64,000 nucleotides of DNA from Neoconidiobolus thromboides FSU 785 (taxonomy: Eukaryota; Fungi; Entomophthoromycota), in contig MU626341.1 of the NCBI GenBank assembly GCA_025603075.1, positions 1 through 64,000 of the forward strand, in the 5' to 3' direction. Each line of letters starts with the position of its first letter. Position 1 is the first letter of the stretch. The position numbers and the translations under genes were made by a program. The notes beneath the pieces were generated by a model that was not told the DNA's origin, did no database searches, and was given only the letters and a program-made list of their open reading frames with translations. This document shows, piece after piece, positions 49,311-62,659 of the stretch.

Positions 49311-49736
49311 TTAGTTTTTCTTCTTTACAACAATCTTCAAAACATTATCGTTCATTTCATAAGTAAATCCATCATAAATGTATTTGTTAGGCAACTCCAT
49401 ACTCCTTGAAAAAGCATTAGAGGATGAAGAAAAAGCATTACCAAATGAACTGGCCGATTGGGAGTTCATATTAGAGTTTCCAGAAACTGATAGATGATTA
49501 GCTAACAAGCTTACTTTCAGGTCATCTTTAGTAAACCCAGATACTTTTAGTGTAACTAATAGTTCGTTATCTTTATCTTCGGTTTCAAAGTTAGGTTGAA
49601 AGCCAGTGTTGAAAGAGCTAAAGCTGTCAAAATTTTGTTGAGCATCTGAAAAAGAGTTCATATTCTGTTGTATCATGTTCTTTACTTTGCCGTGAATATC
49701 AGTAGAAAATTGGTTAAAAAAGTTAGGATTTGACAT
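49311..49736 (-). CDS. Small heat-shock protein (Hsp20/alpha-crystallin)
   Basis: ETEDKDNELLVTLKVSGFTKDDLKVSL...SVSG...FSRSMELP...NVLKIVVKK; start taken at MSNPNF. Confidence 0.85.
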   Translation of the reverse strand: MSNPNFFNQFSTDIHGKVKNMIQQNMNSFSDAQQNFDSFSSFNTGFQPNFETEDKDNELLVTLKVSGFTKDDLKVSLLANHLSVSGNSNMNSQSASSFGNAFSSSSNAFSRSMELPNKYIYDGFTYEMNDNVLKIVVKKKN

Positions 49737-50979
49737 CTTAATTTGAAAGAGTAAAAAATTGACTCTCTTATATACTTTTCTTATCAATTCTGGTTTGGTA
49801 ACACCCCCAATTCATTAAATTACCAAGCTTTAAGTTTCAAAATTCATTTTCATAAATTTGATAAATCTGATAAATTAACTAATTTTTTCATATAAGTTGC
49901 CATTATTAAATGTAAATTCTTTTAGTTTGTTATGTTTAGATATGTTTTGAGCCAAAATTCGACCAACTTCTGCTTTAAAACATTATAAGTAGCGAATGAT
50001 ATTTTTACAGAATAATGTCTAGGGCAGAAAAAAGGCGCCTCTAATCAAATAAATCAGAGTGAGTGACCCCTTTTATTAGTGAAAAACTGGTTGAGATTAG
50101 CAATAACAATTAAGGTTTTTACACCTTTAGGATTGTTAAAGTATATTAGATAAATAGTCATCTAACTCGATTTCTTTTGAAGTGCCAAGTTGCTCTATTG
50201 AGCCATAGTAATGCGAGCCATATCTGGTTATATCTTAGTTTCAACATAAACTTGTTATAGTGACTATCCAAAAACTGTAATCTTCTGTTTTGTTTTGTAT
50301 TTTAAATGATCTTTTAATACTTTAAATGTAATATATCGATTTTTAAAAGGTCTAAAAACAAGCTTCAAGATAATATATATATTTCAAATTACAAACAATA
50401 TATTAATACTAAAATCTTGTTTGTATTTTTAATAAGCTCTATAATACTAATGTATGAACCATGGGTTTTAATCATCATAAAAGGTAAACTATTCCTCCTC
50501 AACAAAATGGTACAATTTAGATCCTACTGAATGAAATATAAAAGACAAAACAGAACTCCTATAGATTTTTGTACTCATGGTATGGAAAGTTTTTCGGATG
50601 TTTTGATTATTGACATTTTTACATGATTTTCATTTGCTTAACATTTCATTTTCGTTAAGGATACTTTAATCTGTTAAGGGAGTATGTAAATTTTTCCTAA
50701 ATTTCCAAACCTCTACATAACTTTACTGTCTTGCTTATTATATAGCTAATATTATGGACCAATATTAAATACAATTTATCAAATCAACTAATGAAAGTAA
50801 CAACAAAGACAGAAATACTTACCGTGCCTAACTGAAGGTTAATTTATATGGCTATTATAGGATCTATAAAGTTAATACATTTTCAAATATATTTATATAC
50901 TTATTCTATAAATATCTGCTATCAGTATACAAATTGAATAATTTTCGAAATATATAGTATCTAGCATATTAGACTTATT

Positions 50980-51620
50980 TGAATTAAAATTGAGACAACA
51001 CTGGTAAAGTCAATTTTATTTTAAATAATAAAAAGCGTAGATCTAATACTATGTTTCGTAAATAACAGATTGGTAACATAGCAATCCTATTGTAACTATG
51101 ATCGATCAAGGATAAACATCCTGATAAGAGATATCGGCTCATATTGTATCATCGGATCTCATAATGTTAGGAATTAATCAACCACTAAAAAACACAGGAG
51201 CATTTGACATCATGTATTTTTCAACATTGGCTTTTCTGATAGAGATAGTAACAATAGTTTGTATATCGTTTCCAAATATACAAGAAATTAAAATAATAAC
51301 TGAAAAAGGGTAGCTCCCTGATATATTTCACTCCAGACAGTTACTAACCCTAAAATAGTACTCAGTGAATCAAATATTATTCTTCCCCAACCTAAAAGTT
51401 TATGGATTTTTCTACAAATTGGTCCATGGGATGGTATATGCAATAAATTCAATATAAAAATCCCTGGAATTAATATATTACTAATCAGATGAACAATAAG
51501 AAATGATACAATCCCTTTATCAAAACAGTATGAACCACGAGAACAAATAAATATTAAAGAATAAATTACCCCGAACATGAGCCATATGTTAAAACTTAAT
51601 TTCTATATTGGAAGATTCTC
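50980..51620 (-). pseudogene. Disrupted multi-pass membrane protein gene (weak DUF2306-like)
   Basis: 96-aa hydrophobic ORF (HKLLGWGRIIF) continues after a frameshift as ISCIFGNDIQTIVTISIRKANVEK..., with in-frame stops. Confidence 0.4.
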
Positions 51621-53154
51621 TGAGTTTGATAGATTTCTATAAGTTCGAATTTATCGGAACATGTACAAACAAATATACATTATTTTTGCTTATCTTCTTT
51701 AGTAATACTTCTATTTTCAAAAATTAAATCTTCATCAAAATCTTTATTTTCTATGTTTTAATTTAGAGTCTAGTTTAAGCTTAGTTTAACTTAAAATAAT
51801 CTTTTCATAAATCAACTAACCCACCTTGAATATTCATAATACATGAATACTTTACATTGTACATTCTTCGCTTTTATTTAATCATATATTGATATTTAAA
51901 TAGGATTCATAGTGGTTTGAGTGAATTATATAAATAACAAAGAATACAAAGAATACAAAGAATATATATAGTATACAATATGGAGGATTTGCTACAGTGT
52001 GATCATTTTTAAATATTCGAAGACCTTTTGTAGCCTTTATATTTATTAGGGTGTTAGGATAAACTTTTCTTGCTTCAATTAGAATTTTAGGTTTTTTATG
52101 TAGTATTATTTCTGGGGATTGATCTTTTAAGTAGTATACTTAGTCTAAAATTCCATAATATTACGGCTCACTTATCTAGAAGCATCCATTTAAAAATTGT
52201 CCAGATGCCATATTAACAACTTTTAACTATATGTAGTTTTTTTACTCCCAAATACTATGATTACTTTATTTTGTTTTACGTCTCAAATGCAATCCCCCCT
52301 GTCTTTATAAACTGTTTTACAGCTACAGCAGCTCTATTGTGACACAATTTGTGGTAACTTTTAGTATCAGCTATATGCTTGTTTGATTTATTAGACCTCG
52401 ATATTTAGACTCTAGTATCATTCTAGAAGAGCTTTCTTCTTAAATGAAAGGTTAGCTAGGCCGCAATAGGATTGCAGTAGCTGTAAGCTAAAAAAAATAA
52501 CAATTGAAAACAAGTCAAGATCAAATCATAATTTAACACTAAATAAATTAATATGAATGTAGTTAACCTTGGTGTGAATAAATACATTAAAAATTATAAA
52601 TATTTTTTAACCCCAAATTAAACTTACCTCAATTTCTCCCTTTGATCGCTAATTAACTAACTACTTTCAAAAATTCCTTTAGAAATTAAATATTTGAGTT
52701 TTCACTTTGCACGATTTTAAATAAAAATAATTAAAGTTAATAAATTATCTAAAGATGGGTAAAATTCAATAAATTAGCAACTAAAATTAAAATTATATAG
52801 TTTGAGAAAATGATTAAAATAAATTAAGTCATTAATCGACTTTTATGTTTAACTTTATGTTTTATAAATGCTATTAAAACATTAAACGTTATGCTATTAT
52901 GACTATAGCAAATTTAATTTAAACAGCATGTAGGGCAATTTGTTTTAGTGTTTTAAACTTATCATTTCTAGTTTGAGGTACTAAAACTAATTGCTCTAAA
53001 CATTGTTTAAATTTGATTTGTAGTAACAAAGCCTTTCACCCAACATGAGTGAAACCAGTATAAGGAAGAAACGAAACTATTCTGTCATTCAAATAATAAT
53101 AGTATAAATAGCCCCAAAATTCTAACTCTCTTACAGCTTTATCCTATTTTAAAT

Positions 53155-53403
53155 ATGAAATTTTTATCAATTATTACTTTTGCCACTGCTACTATTTTAG
53201 CTGATACTGGCGCTTCTTCTGCCTCTTCAGCTGCTTCAGCTGTTTCTTCAGCTATTTCTTCAGCTATTTCTTCAGCTGCTTCTGCAGGCTCCGTTTCTGG
53301 TTCCAAAGCTGCTTCCAAAGCTACTTCCTTTGGTATGGCTGCTTCTACTAATCCTTGGGTATATGCTGGTTTAGCTGGTATTTCAGCTTATTGTTTCCCT
53401 TAA
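53155..53403 (+). CDS. Small Ser/Ala-rich, probably GPI-anchored surface protein
   Basis: Signal peptide, SSAxS repeats, hydrophobic tail; TATAAA at ~53103. Confidence 0.8.
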   Translation: MKFLSIITFATATILADTGASSASSAASAVSSAISSAISSAASAGSVSGSKAASKATSFGMAASTNPWVYAGLAGISAYCFP

Positions 53404-53737
53404 GTATTTTAGATTATTAAGTTAATAAAAATGTTAATATACTAATTACTATGTTCTTGGTTTTGTATATCTGAATTTAATTTTGTGGATAGTTGGATTT
53501 TAATCATCCTTTTATATTACGCTTTTATAACTATCAGCTTTTTTAAATTAACAGTAATAAAACAAGTGGCAGGTTATTATCAAAGAGTGATGGCGTTGTA
53601 AAGTTGAAATATCGAATATTAGTAAATGACTGGTTATTACCCAGTGCTATGATTGATAACTATTTGCAAAACCTGATAATAGTAGGATCAAAGGAAATTC
53701 TACTTTTGTAATGATTAATACAGTATTTTCATTAAAT

Positions 53738-53835
53738 GGGGATGTATTTTTGTGTTTAAGAATTTTACTAATAATTTTTCCGCCTAAATAGCGCTTAAAA
53801 ATCGAAAAAATAATGAAGTCAAAAAAAACACTCCC
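53738..53835 (+). mobile_element. MITE copy
   Basis: GGGGATG...CACTCCC ends, AAAT duplication. Confidence 0.92.
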
Positions 53836-54329
53836 AAATAGTAGTTATAAAAAAGTAAAGTGTAACTTAAACAGTTATTTAGAAAGTCAACAATTTTTCA
53901 AAAAATATCCCATACTTTAGATTATATAAAAATTAATAGCTAATAAAGCCTAGTTGAGTATAAATAAACAAAATAGAATATCCTCAAAAAGTATTTTTAT
54001 ATAAATTAATAAAAACTAGTACCTATTTAAGTAATAATTCTTGAAAATAACTTGAGAATGACTAATATAATATATTTACTAATTATATCACTACCACTTC
54101 TAGAAAATATAATTGAACTTATATTTTTAAAATAGGATAACACAAAATTAACAAGATAGACTGAATTTATACAAAACTGATTATTCTAAATGACATTATC
54201 TACTAGGTTAGATTGAGCACCCGATTCTTTATAATTGCCAGCTGTATTATCGATATCAAAATTACAACCAGTAAATTTCAAGTTATTTAGTTAGACATAA
54301 TATAGGTAAAACTCGAAAAACTTAGTATC

Positions 54330-55568
54330 TGATATAACATTTATCAAGTTTTAATATGATTGAATTAGCTTTTTTGAGGATAATTTTCTTTTATCAGTAG
54401 CAATAAATTATTCCCCCTTTTAATATCTAAATAGACAAGTGCTATCGTATTTGATATGTAATAAAAGATGTGCTGTAATATAATTATAAAGTCTACATGT
54501 TAAATACTTTTAAAAACAATTGATTGTTAATTTTTATTCTTATCAAATGGGGATGTGTTTTTTTAAGTATTTTTCCATTTTTTAAGCGCTATTTGAGTGG
54601 AAAGATTGTAGTAAAATTATGAAACTAAAAAAACAGCCCCAAATAGTTTATTTGATTCTAGTTTTTTTAAATTAAATATTCCATAAAATAATACTGTAGA
54701 GCTATAAGCAATATAAAGTATGTTAAGCTTTGAATAACTATATAAATTAAAACAAATACCTCCTGAACACTCTTCATTAATATATTTAACAAGTAATTGA
54801 TTTAAGTTTGGAAATAATTTGTCCAGTAGACGATCAAGTCTACAATCTCTGGTATTAATATGAATCAACAGCTTTTTTGAATCACTAAATCTGTTGAAGA
54901 GATTTCCAAAATATACTTATATACCAATATGGCATTTTCAATATACTTAAGTAATAGTCAATGGTAAACTGGATGGTACTACACTTGTAAAGTAACTGTA
55001 TACTTCATGAACATCTAAATAGTTTGTTTTTCAATCATTCTTTTATATAAATCTTATGACTCAAAATATAGTCTTTCATTGTCCTATTGTCAATTACAAT
55101 TATATAATATAAATTTATTAATATATTATATTTTAAATCAAGTTGATTTTTTATATAATAAGTTAGAAATAAACAAAGCTTCTTGCAATTCGAATACATC
55201 AATGAAGAGATTGATAAATCCAATCAACTGCTAAAGTTTATAGATTTGACATAATATCCATATTTCTTAAAGTCATTATATAACTGTTTTTTATAACGAT
55301 AGTGGCAATATTCATAGTTCGATATCATATCTTCCCATAATATTGGGAATATTATTTTATTCTTTACAGCAAACAAGTAAGTTGAGTCTATCTTTACTTG
55401 AATAAAGATGCTTGAGTTCTTTAAGTACCTTGATTCCAAGTTTTGAGTTGAGACTTTGTAGTCATATTTTCTTAAAGTAAAAAAGACAGTAGCTTCATCA
55501 TTTGTTAAACTTATACCCTTCAAGTCAATAGAGTTCTTATAAACTAAAATAATAAACTGAAGTTGCAA
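54330..55568 (-). pseudogene. Decayed F-box/LRR-like gene with a MITE insertion
   Basis: ORF pieces 55224-55568 and 55035-55223 are in one frame split by a stop; KKYGYYVKSI and LFPNLNQL are LRR-like; MITE at 54549. Boundaries approximate. Confidence 0.5.
54549..54640 (+). mobile_element. MITE copy with inverted core
   Basis: Plus-orientation ends, minus-orientation middle; AAAT duplication. Confidence 0.88.
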
Positions 55569-56280
55569 TTTATAATTTGTTTATGATTTGTTTAAAGTTA
55601 TTAGTATGAATGATAGGTTTTGTATTTAGTATAAAGATAAAAAGGTATATGTGTCTATACTGGATTCAATGGTTAGGGGGCTTTGTGCTTTGTTAGTCTA
55701 AAATAAGATGTTAAGGGTAGAAGACATTAAGGTGGGACAAATTATATAGTGGGCGGGTTTTACAAGAGTTAATGAAAGCCACCATAAAACCAGCAACAAC
55801 AGTCATAAAAGTAGGTACCAAGAATTTAATAGTATTGTTTTTGTTGTGGGAAAGTCTATTTTACATAGATTTTAAGATTATTAAGTTTTGCCAACAAAAT
55901 GAAAACTTAATGAAGAAAAGTGACAATACAAATTGTTCCATTAGTTACAGCTGCATAAGTTCACATATGCGTTGGGTAATTACTCATTTAAGAATAAAGC
56001 TTTGAAATTAACTAGTAAATTTAAGGAATAAGCGACTTATTGGTTATATAATTTAATATAACCTAATGCACAATCGAACTTTAGCAGTTAGAATTGAATT
56101 CCAATTTATAAAGTAGCGAAATTAGATTATAAAAAGGGAAAGAACATGATTTAGTGATGAAAATAAAAAATTGATTAAATAAAGTGGAGAAATTTAAATT
56201 AAAAGACGGATAAAAAAAACAACACTATTTATCTTTTATATTTTATTTTATTGTTGTTATTCCATATATTATCTACCAAG

Positions 56281-58881
56281 ATGACAAAAACAAAACAAGG
56301 TTTGTTTATTAACAGCTTTCCATCGACTTATTATAGATTACTCATATTTCATCTTATAGATTACATTGTAACTTCATTACCTTATGTTAATGATTATTTT
56401 ATTTCCGATAATAAACAATATGCTGGTGAAATTGAGTTATTTAATAAAGTAAATTATTTCTTTTGGTTATTTACAAAAAACAAACCTAGAGGAAAATTGG
56501 TAAGTTATTAGTATTATTTCTATAATATAAAGAGATTAATTTGGTCTTCTCTTTTTTTTGCTAATATTAAATAGTTGATTTGGTTAAACGGTGGTATGTT
56601 TTAAATTATTTTTTACTTAAAGAAAAAGTTTTTAATGATGATAAATTTTTTATTAGGTCCTGGTTGGTAAACTTACAATATACTGCAGCAATTCAAAAAA
56701 CTTACTAAATTTTTACAATCATTTCAACTTAATCAAAATAATAGTACAAGGTAAATTTCATTACCTTGGCTCGTATTTATCCTCACTCCTCTAATCCTCT
56801 TAATTTTAGTGCTGATGGGCCCTTATTAGAAAAAGGTATTTTTGATATGGAACCTAGTTTAAAAGGCGAAAATTATAAAATCAAAACAAGAGAAAATGGA
56901 TGGCATTCTTTTGTAGATGTATTGGCAATTGATCAACCTTTAGGCACTGGCTATTCTAATGGTTTAGACCAATTTTATTCAAAGACAATTGATGAGGTAA
57001 GTTAATTTTTTAAAATAGAAACATCGATATATGATTTGAGATTATTAGAAGGGTCTAATTATTTTTTGTTGGTATTTAGGCAGCATATTATTTTGAGACA
57101 TTTTTGACTAAATTTTTATATTTATTTCCAGAATATCAAAATAGTGAGGTAAAAATAATACTGTAATAGTAGTTTTAATGTTTTATTTATTTTATTTGTT
57201 AGATTTATATTGGTGGTGAATCTTATGCTGGTGTTTGGATACCTGCTTTTAGTCATCGATTATTAAATAGGGAGGATAATAAGGTAAACAATGTAATAAA
57301 TCACAATATTAGCACATTGTTAATATTTTTTAACTATTGTTAGTTAAATATTAAAGGTTTAATGATTGGGAATGGGTGGATGGATTCTAAGAATCAAGTA
57401 AATAATAATATATTATAATATAGAGCATATTTTAATATAATACAATAATAACCAGTATCCAGGAATATTAGATTATGTCAAAAAATATAATGTATTAGAT
57501 GAAAGAGATATGGTAATCATTATTTAATTTAATGTAAATATAATAGTACGTTTTGATTTTAATATTTCATTTATCTTAGTTAAAATTTGAAGAAATAAGT
57601 TATACCTGTTTTAAACATTTAAAGTCACTTACTATGAACCCAATTTCAATACCAGTTTGCGATACTATGTTAAATACTGTTACAGAATTAAGTGATACAG
57701 CGTAAGTTATATTGTACTATAACATAAAATATCAGATAGGCATATAATAATAACAAATAACAATACAATACTAATAAGATAGTAACACTAACATGATGAC
57801 TTTATTTTAATTAGTAAAATGGAGGGCTCCAAGACATGCATAAATTTATATGACAGACGATTAATTGATAATTATCCGGATTGTGGTATGGGTTGGCCGC
57901 CTAATGTTAATGCATTTCATAGTTATATGTCAGTAAGTAAAAACAAAACAATGATACTAGTATAATAACGCATACATTAATATATTATAATATACATTTT
58001 ATTAGGAAAAAAAAGTATCTAAAGCATTAAATACTCATCAACCAAAAGGAGGATGGACCGAATGTAATAATGATGTTATGAAATATTTAAAAACAGAAAA
58101 TATCAATTCAACTATTGATTATTTGCCCAGTTTATTAGATAAATTAGAAATATTATTATTTGTGTAAATTTATTAATACAAAAATAATATCTATCTACAA
58201 TACTAATATATTAACAATTTTATTTAATATAGCGGAGATCAAGATATTATGGTGAACTATATAGGGGTAGAATATATGATAAACAATCTAACTAACAGTA
58301 ATATTAATCAACAAGATAAAAAATATATTGGTAACAATAATAATATAATGGATGGAGAATTATTACAAAATGAAAGTTTATACTATGTTAAATTATTTAA
58401 TGGTAGTCATATGGTATCCTATGATTTACCAGAACAAACTAGTAATTTATTTAATTGGTTTATTAATCGTAATGAAAATCAACAATTTTTGACAGAGGAG
58501 AAAGGAGGTAAGCAATTGTTTAATACGTTTTAATATGCTCAATGTTTATTTTCACTTTATTTTTAGGTAATAATTTATTAAGATCAATTAAAAATTTCAA
58601 TTCAAATAACAATAATAATAACGAAGATGGTAGTTTATCAACAATGGATATAAGGTAACTAAGTCATACTCTAAGCCAATCTATTATTTATTAATATATT
58701 TCATTATTATAGTATTATTAGTATCAGTAGTGTCACTGTATTATTATTATTACTATTTTTAATCTTTTGGAAATGGAATACCAATCGAAAACAAAGTCAG
58801 GATAAAGAATTGTTATTACAAAGAGAAGCGGAAAGTAATTTATCTGAGGATCCAATGGAAGAAGACATTGAATTAAGATGA
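56281..58881 (+). CDS. KEX1: Kex1-like serine carboxypeptidase (S10), type I membrane protein; many introns
   Basis: Spliced WLNGGPGCTS, IDQPLGTGYS, GESYAG (Ser), GDQDIMVN (Asp), GSHMVSYDLP (His), TM helix and acidic tail. Confidence 0.85.
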
Positions 58882-58963
58882 CCATAAATTAAAATAAAAT
58901 AAACCAAATGTAAGAATAAAAACACGTTGATTTTCAATTACATATTTCATTATATTTTATTCT

Positions 58964-60045
58964 TTATATTTCTCTATACTCATTATAAATAAAAACAAAA
59001 AAGATCATAACAAAACCAAGATATTGCTGAAGAAAATGATTTTCTTAAACAACGTAATAAAAATCCTTTATAAAACGTATTTATAAATGTCAGCTTATTT
59101 CCATTACTTGATTGATAAATATATCTTATTCCCTTTAAGAAATTAGGATATTGCTTTGGTTCTAATTGGACTTTAGTTTTTAAATAATCAAAAGGTTGAG
59201 TAATTCCATTTGCTAATAGCCCACTTGTTATACCTAATTAATTATTAATGTATGCTCTATATAGTACTATAATAATAATATTTTACCAGCCAATAAATTA
59301 ATTTTAAAATTAGGTGTTTTTCCTTCTCTTTCTTTTTCCCCAAACAATTTCCCAAACGCCACTTTATTATTAAAATAAAAATGAGTATATAATCCAGCAT
59401 ATGGTGCATCTCGAATAAAAGTGACTAAAAATCCATTAAAAAATCCCTTAACTCCATTTAATTGATAAATATTTTTGACTGCTCCACGTATCGTTTTAAC
59501 TGTTGAATATTGTTCACTTTCAATTCTTAATTTGACCATAGTAATTGGATTGAGTAAGAGTCCTATGCTACCTCGGGCTAAACCCCCGGCAGCAAGATTT
59601 TGATAAGAAGATAAAGTAGTGGGGAGTAACATGTGTTTTTTTAAGTATTCAAAAGTGTAAAAGTACAAACCCATACCAGGTACATTTCTATTATTAGATG
59701 ATGGATTAGTTATGGTAAGTTGATATTTAATAGAAAATTACCTTAGTAAAGTAGCACTTGTACCAGACCATAAACCTAATACACCTTCCATTTTTAAAAC
59801 TCTACGTAAGCTATGGAAGATACGTCTAAAAAGACAAAATGATTAATTATTTATTGAATAGTTTAAATTAGTATGAGTACTTACTTATCTTTATAATAAA
59901 CATCATTTTGTATTCTTGTTTTTAGTAAATCTAAAGGTTGAAATAAAATACAAGTAATAAAACCAGATAAACTACCAATTAATAAAGTTTTGTTTTTATT
60001 AATAGGTTTGATTGTTGTTGTTGAAGTTGTTGTTGTAGCTGCCAT
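58964..60045 (-). CDS. HEM25: Mitochondrial carrier, SLC25A38/Hem25 glycine-carrier-like; multi-exon
   Basis: GSLSG...FQPLDLLKTRIQ, RNVPGMGLYF, NPITMVKLRIE, RDAPYAGLY, TQPFDYLKTK, LRCLRKSFSSAISW. Confidence 0.82.
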
Positions 60046-60305
60046 GATTTATTCTATATCTTTTTTTTTGAATTGATTTTGCGATTGAGATGGAATTTGA
60101 TTTTATTAACTTTAAGGGATAAGCGAAATTTAGAAATTAAATTTTCAATAAAATTCTATTTTTAAATCAAACTCTCAGTTCGATTCCAATAAAAATTCGT
60201 CATGCTTGAATAATTTGAAATAAAAGCGAAATCTATCGATTGACATAAAACTACAAAAATTCAAAACAAATCGATTTTATTTTAATTTAAATTCAATTTA
60301 GTAAT

Positions 60306-62659
60306 ATGTCAACCCAAGAAAAACCAACCAAAACGGTCGCTATTATAGGGGCTGGACTAGTGGGTAGTTTAGCCTCGGTTTATTTTGCTATTCATGGTTA
60401 TCAAGTAAACATCTATGATAAAAGACCAGGTAAAATGAATTATCCGTTTATTCCCTTTTTTATTTAAAACCTTACTGATCTTCGTTTCTTCTTTAGATAT
60501 TCGTAACAAAGCGAATGCTGATAAACTCAACAAGCGCTCTATTAATTTAGCTTTATCTCATCGCGGTATTTCTGCGTTGAAAAAAAGTGGTTTAAATTTA
60601 GATAAATTAATTTTAAAAAATTGTATACCAATGAAAGGACGAATGATTCATGACCTTAATGGTAATCAAACAAGTCAAGCTTATGGAACGGAAGAGCAGG
60701 TAAGTATATGATTTTTTATTTTATTTTATTTTATTTTATTTTATTTAAAAAAGAAAAAGAAAAGAAAGTATTAATATTTATTAAATAATTTTTAGTTTAT
60801 TAATTCTGTTGATCGTGGTTTATTAAATGAAAAATTATTAACGGAGGCATTAAATTTTGATAACGTTCAAGTTTATTTTGAATATCAATTAGTATCTATG
60901 GATTTAGATAATACTGAATTAAAATTTAAAGTGTAAGTTTATCCTCTTTTCTCTTCTCCTTAATAACCCCTTCTATTTAGTAATGATAATTTTGAACATG
61001 TGAAAGCTGATTTTATCATTGGTTGTGATGGTGCCTATTCTAAAATTCGACAAGAAATGATGAAAAAAGTGAACTTAAATTATTCCCAAGAATACATTGA
61101 ACATGTTTATTGTGAATTAACGATACCGCCTCAAATACTAGAAGATAACACAAAAGAATACAAAATGAACCCTAATCATTTACATATTTGGCCAAGACAT
61201 TCGTATATGATGATTGCATTACCTAATTTAGTAAGTTATTAAGACTATTAATAGTTTAAATTAGGATGATTTAACAATGTATTGACTTTTACTTATTTAA
61301 ATATAGGATAAATCATTTACTTGTACCTTATTTGGACCTAAACAACAAATTGATGCTATTAAAACGGAAACTCAATTATTTAGTTTATTTTCCAAAGATT
61401 TAGCTGATTCCATTGGTTTAATTGGTTGGAATAATTTAGCTAAAGAATATTTTCAAAATCCAAAGGGTAGTTTATTGAGCGTTAAAGTAAGTATTATTAA
61501 TATTATAAATTTATTCAATTAGTTTATTTATTTATTTTTACTTACACTCTCTATCTTTTAGTGTAGCCCTCACCATTACAAAGAAAAGTGTATTTTATTG
61601 GGTGATTCTGCTCATTGTATGGTACCTTTTTATGGTCAAGGTATGAATTGTGGTTTTGAAGATGTAGAAACTTTATTTAGTATCATGGATGAATTTGATT
61701 TACATGATAAATCTCTCACTTCTAGTGAATTTTGTAGTAAGTTAGAAAAGGTATTTAATACATATAGTGAAACCCGGGTAAAAGATACCCATGCTATCTG
61801 TGATTTAGCTTTATATAATTATACTGAAATGCGTTCCTCAGTAACCTCTTATGGTTATTTAATACGCAAAAAAGTAGAAGCTTGGTTACATAAATTGATT
61901 CCTGATAGTGTTATTCCATTATATACCATGGTTTCATTTTCTTCTATTCCTTATTCTCAAGCCATCAAAAAATGGAAATTCCAAACAAAATTATTAAAAT
62001 GGTTAGGATATGTTGTGAGTGCAGCTATCATATTAGTTGTTTATCTTAATAGAAATCGATTATTGGACTGGTCACCATTAAGGGGATTATTAGCCGCTAA
62101 TCAACCAAAGCCTTTACCTCGAAGTTCAATTAAACCTATTAAAGAAGGACTAGATTCCATCGTTGGTGGATCTATTAAACCAATTAAAGAAGGGTTAGAT
62201 TCATTGGTTGGCGTTGATGTAGTCAAAACAGCAGAAAAAGCTTATCAATCCATTTTTGATTATATTAAATCCTATTCCCCTTATTTTTATTTATGTTTGA
62301 TTATGGATTATTTTTATCAACTGAAGTTGAGAGAGTATTTTTTAAAGTCTATTTCAAATATCAAGAGTTCTTTTTTTTATTTTAAGAGCTCTATTATTAA
62401 CTATTATAATGTTTTTTATTCTATGATAAAAAGACCAAACGGGATCAGAGTAATTAATTATGGCTATTTAAATATCAAGAGAAGTGTAAGAGAAACACTG
62501 AAGTATTTGAAATTATCAAAAACTTTAAAAAATAGAATTATTAGTATAAAAGTTAAATTAAATTTATTTATAAGATATATTGGATTATTTAAAAGATTAG
62601 CTCAATTACAATTATTAGTTAAAAATCGTTTAAAAAGTTTCAAAGGATACATTTATTAA
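60306..62659 (+). CDS. BNA4: Kynurenine 3-monooxygenase with long C-terminal extension; 6 exons
   Basis: VAIIGAGLVG, RSINLALSHRG, IPMKGRMIH, IGCDGAYS, LHIWPRHSYMMIALPN, GDSAHCMVPFYGQGMNCGFED. Confidence 0.93.
62126..62215 (+). repeat. Tandem 45-bp coding repeat (SIKPIKEGLDS[IL]VG[GV]) x2
   Basis: The two units differ mostly at synonymous positions. Confidence 0.9.

Noticed and set aside
2170-54640. MITE as Tc1/mariner (TA duplication) or as CRISPR-like repeats
   Set aside because: AAAT and ATTT duplications require a 4-bp TSD; copies are dispersed with no spacer array, and the genome is eukaryotic.
55690-56005. ORF 55772-56005 and a hydrophobic minus-strand frame overlapping it
   Set aside because: No recognisable domain or convincing start and splice path; the minus frame has internal stops.
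56281-58881. Kex1 as a dedicated processing enzyme of the peptide cluster
   Set aside because: It lies over 30 kb away in the core block and is a general housekeeping enzyme; linkage is probably coincidental.
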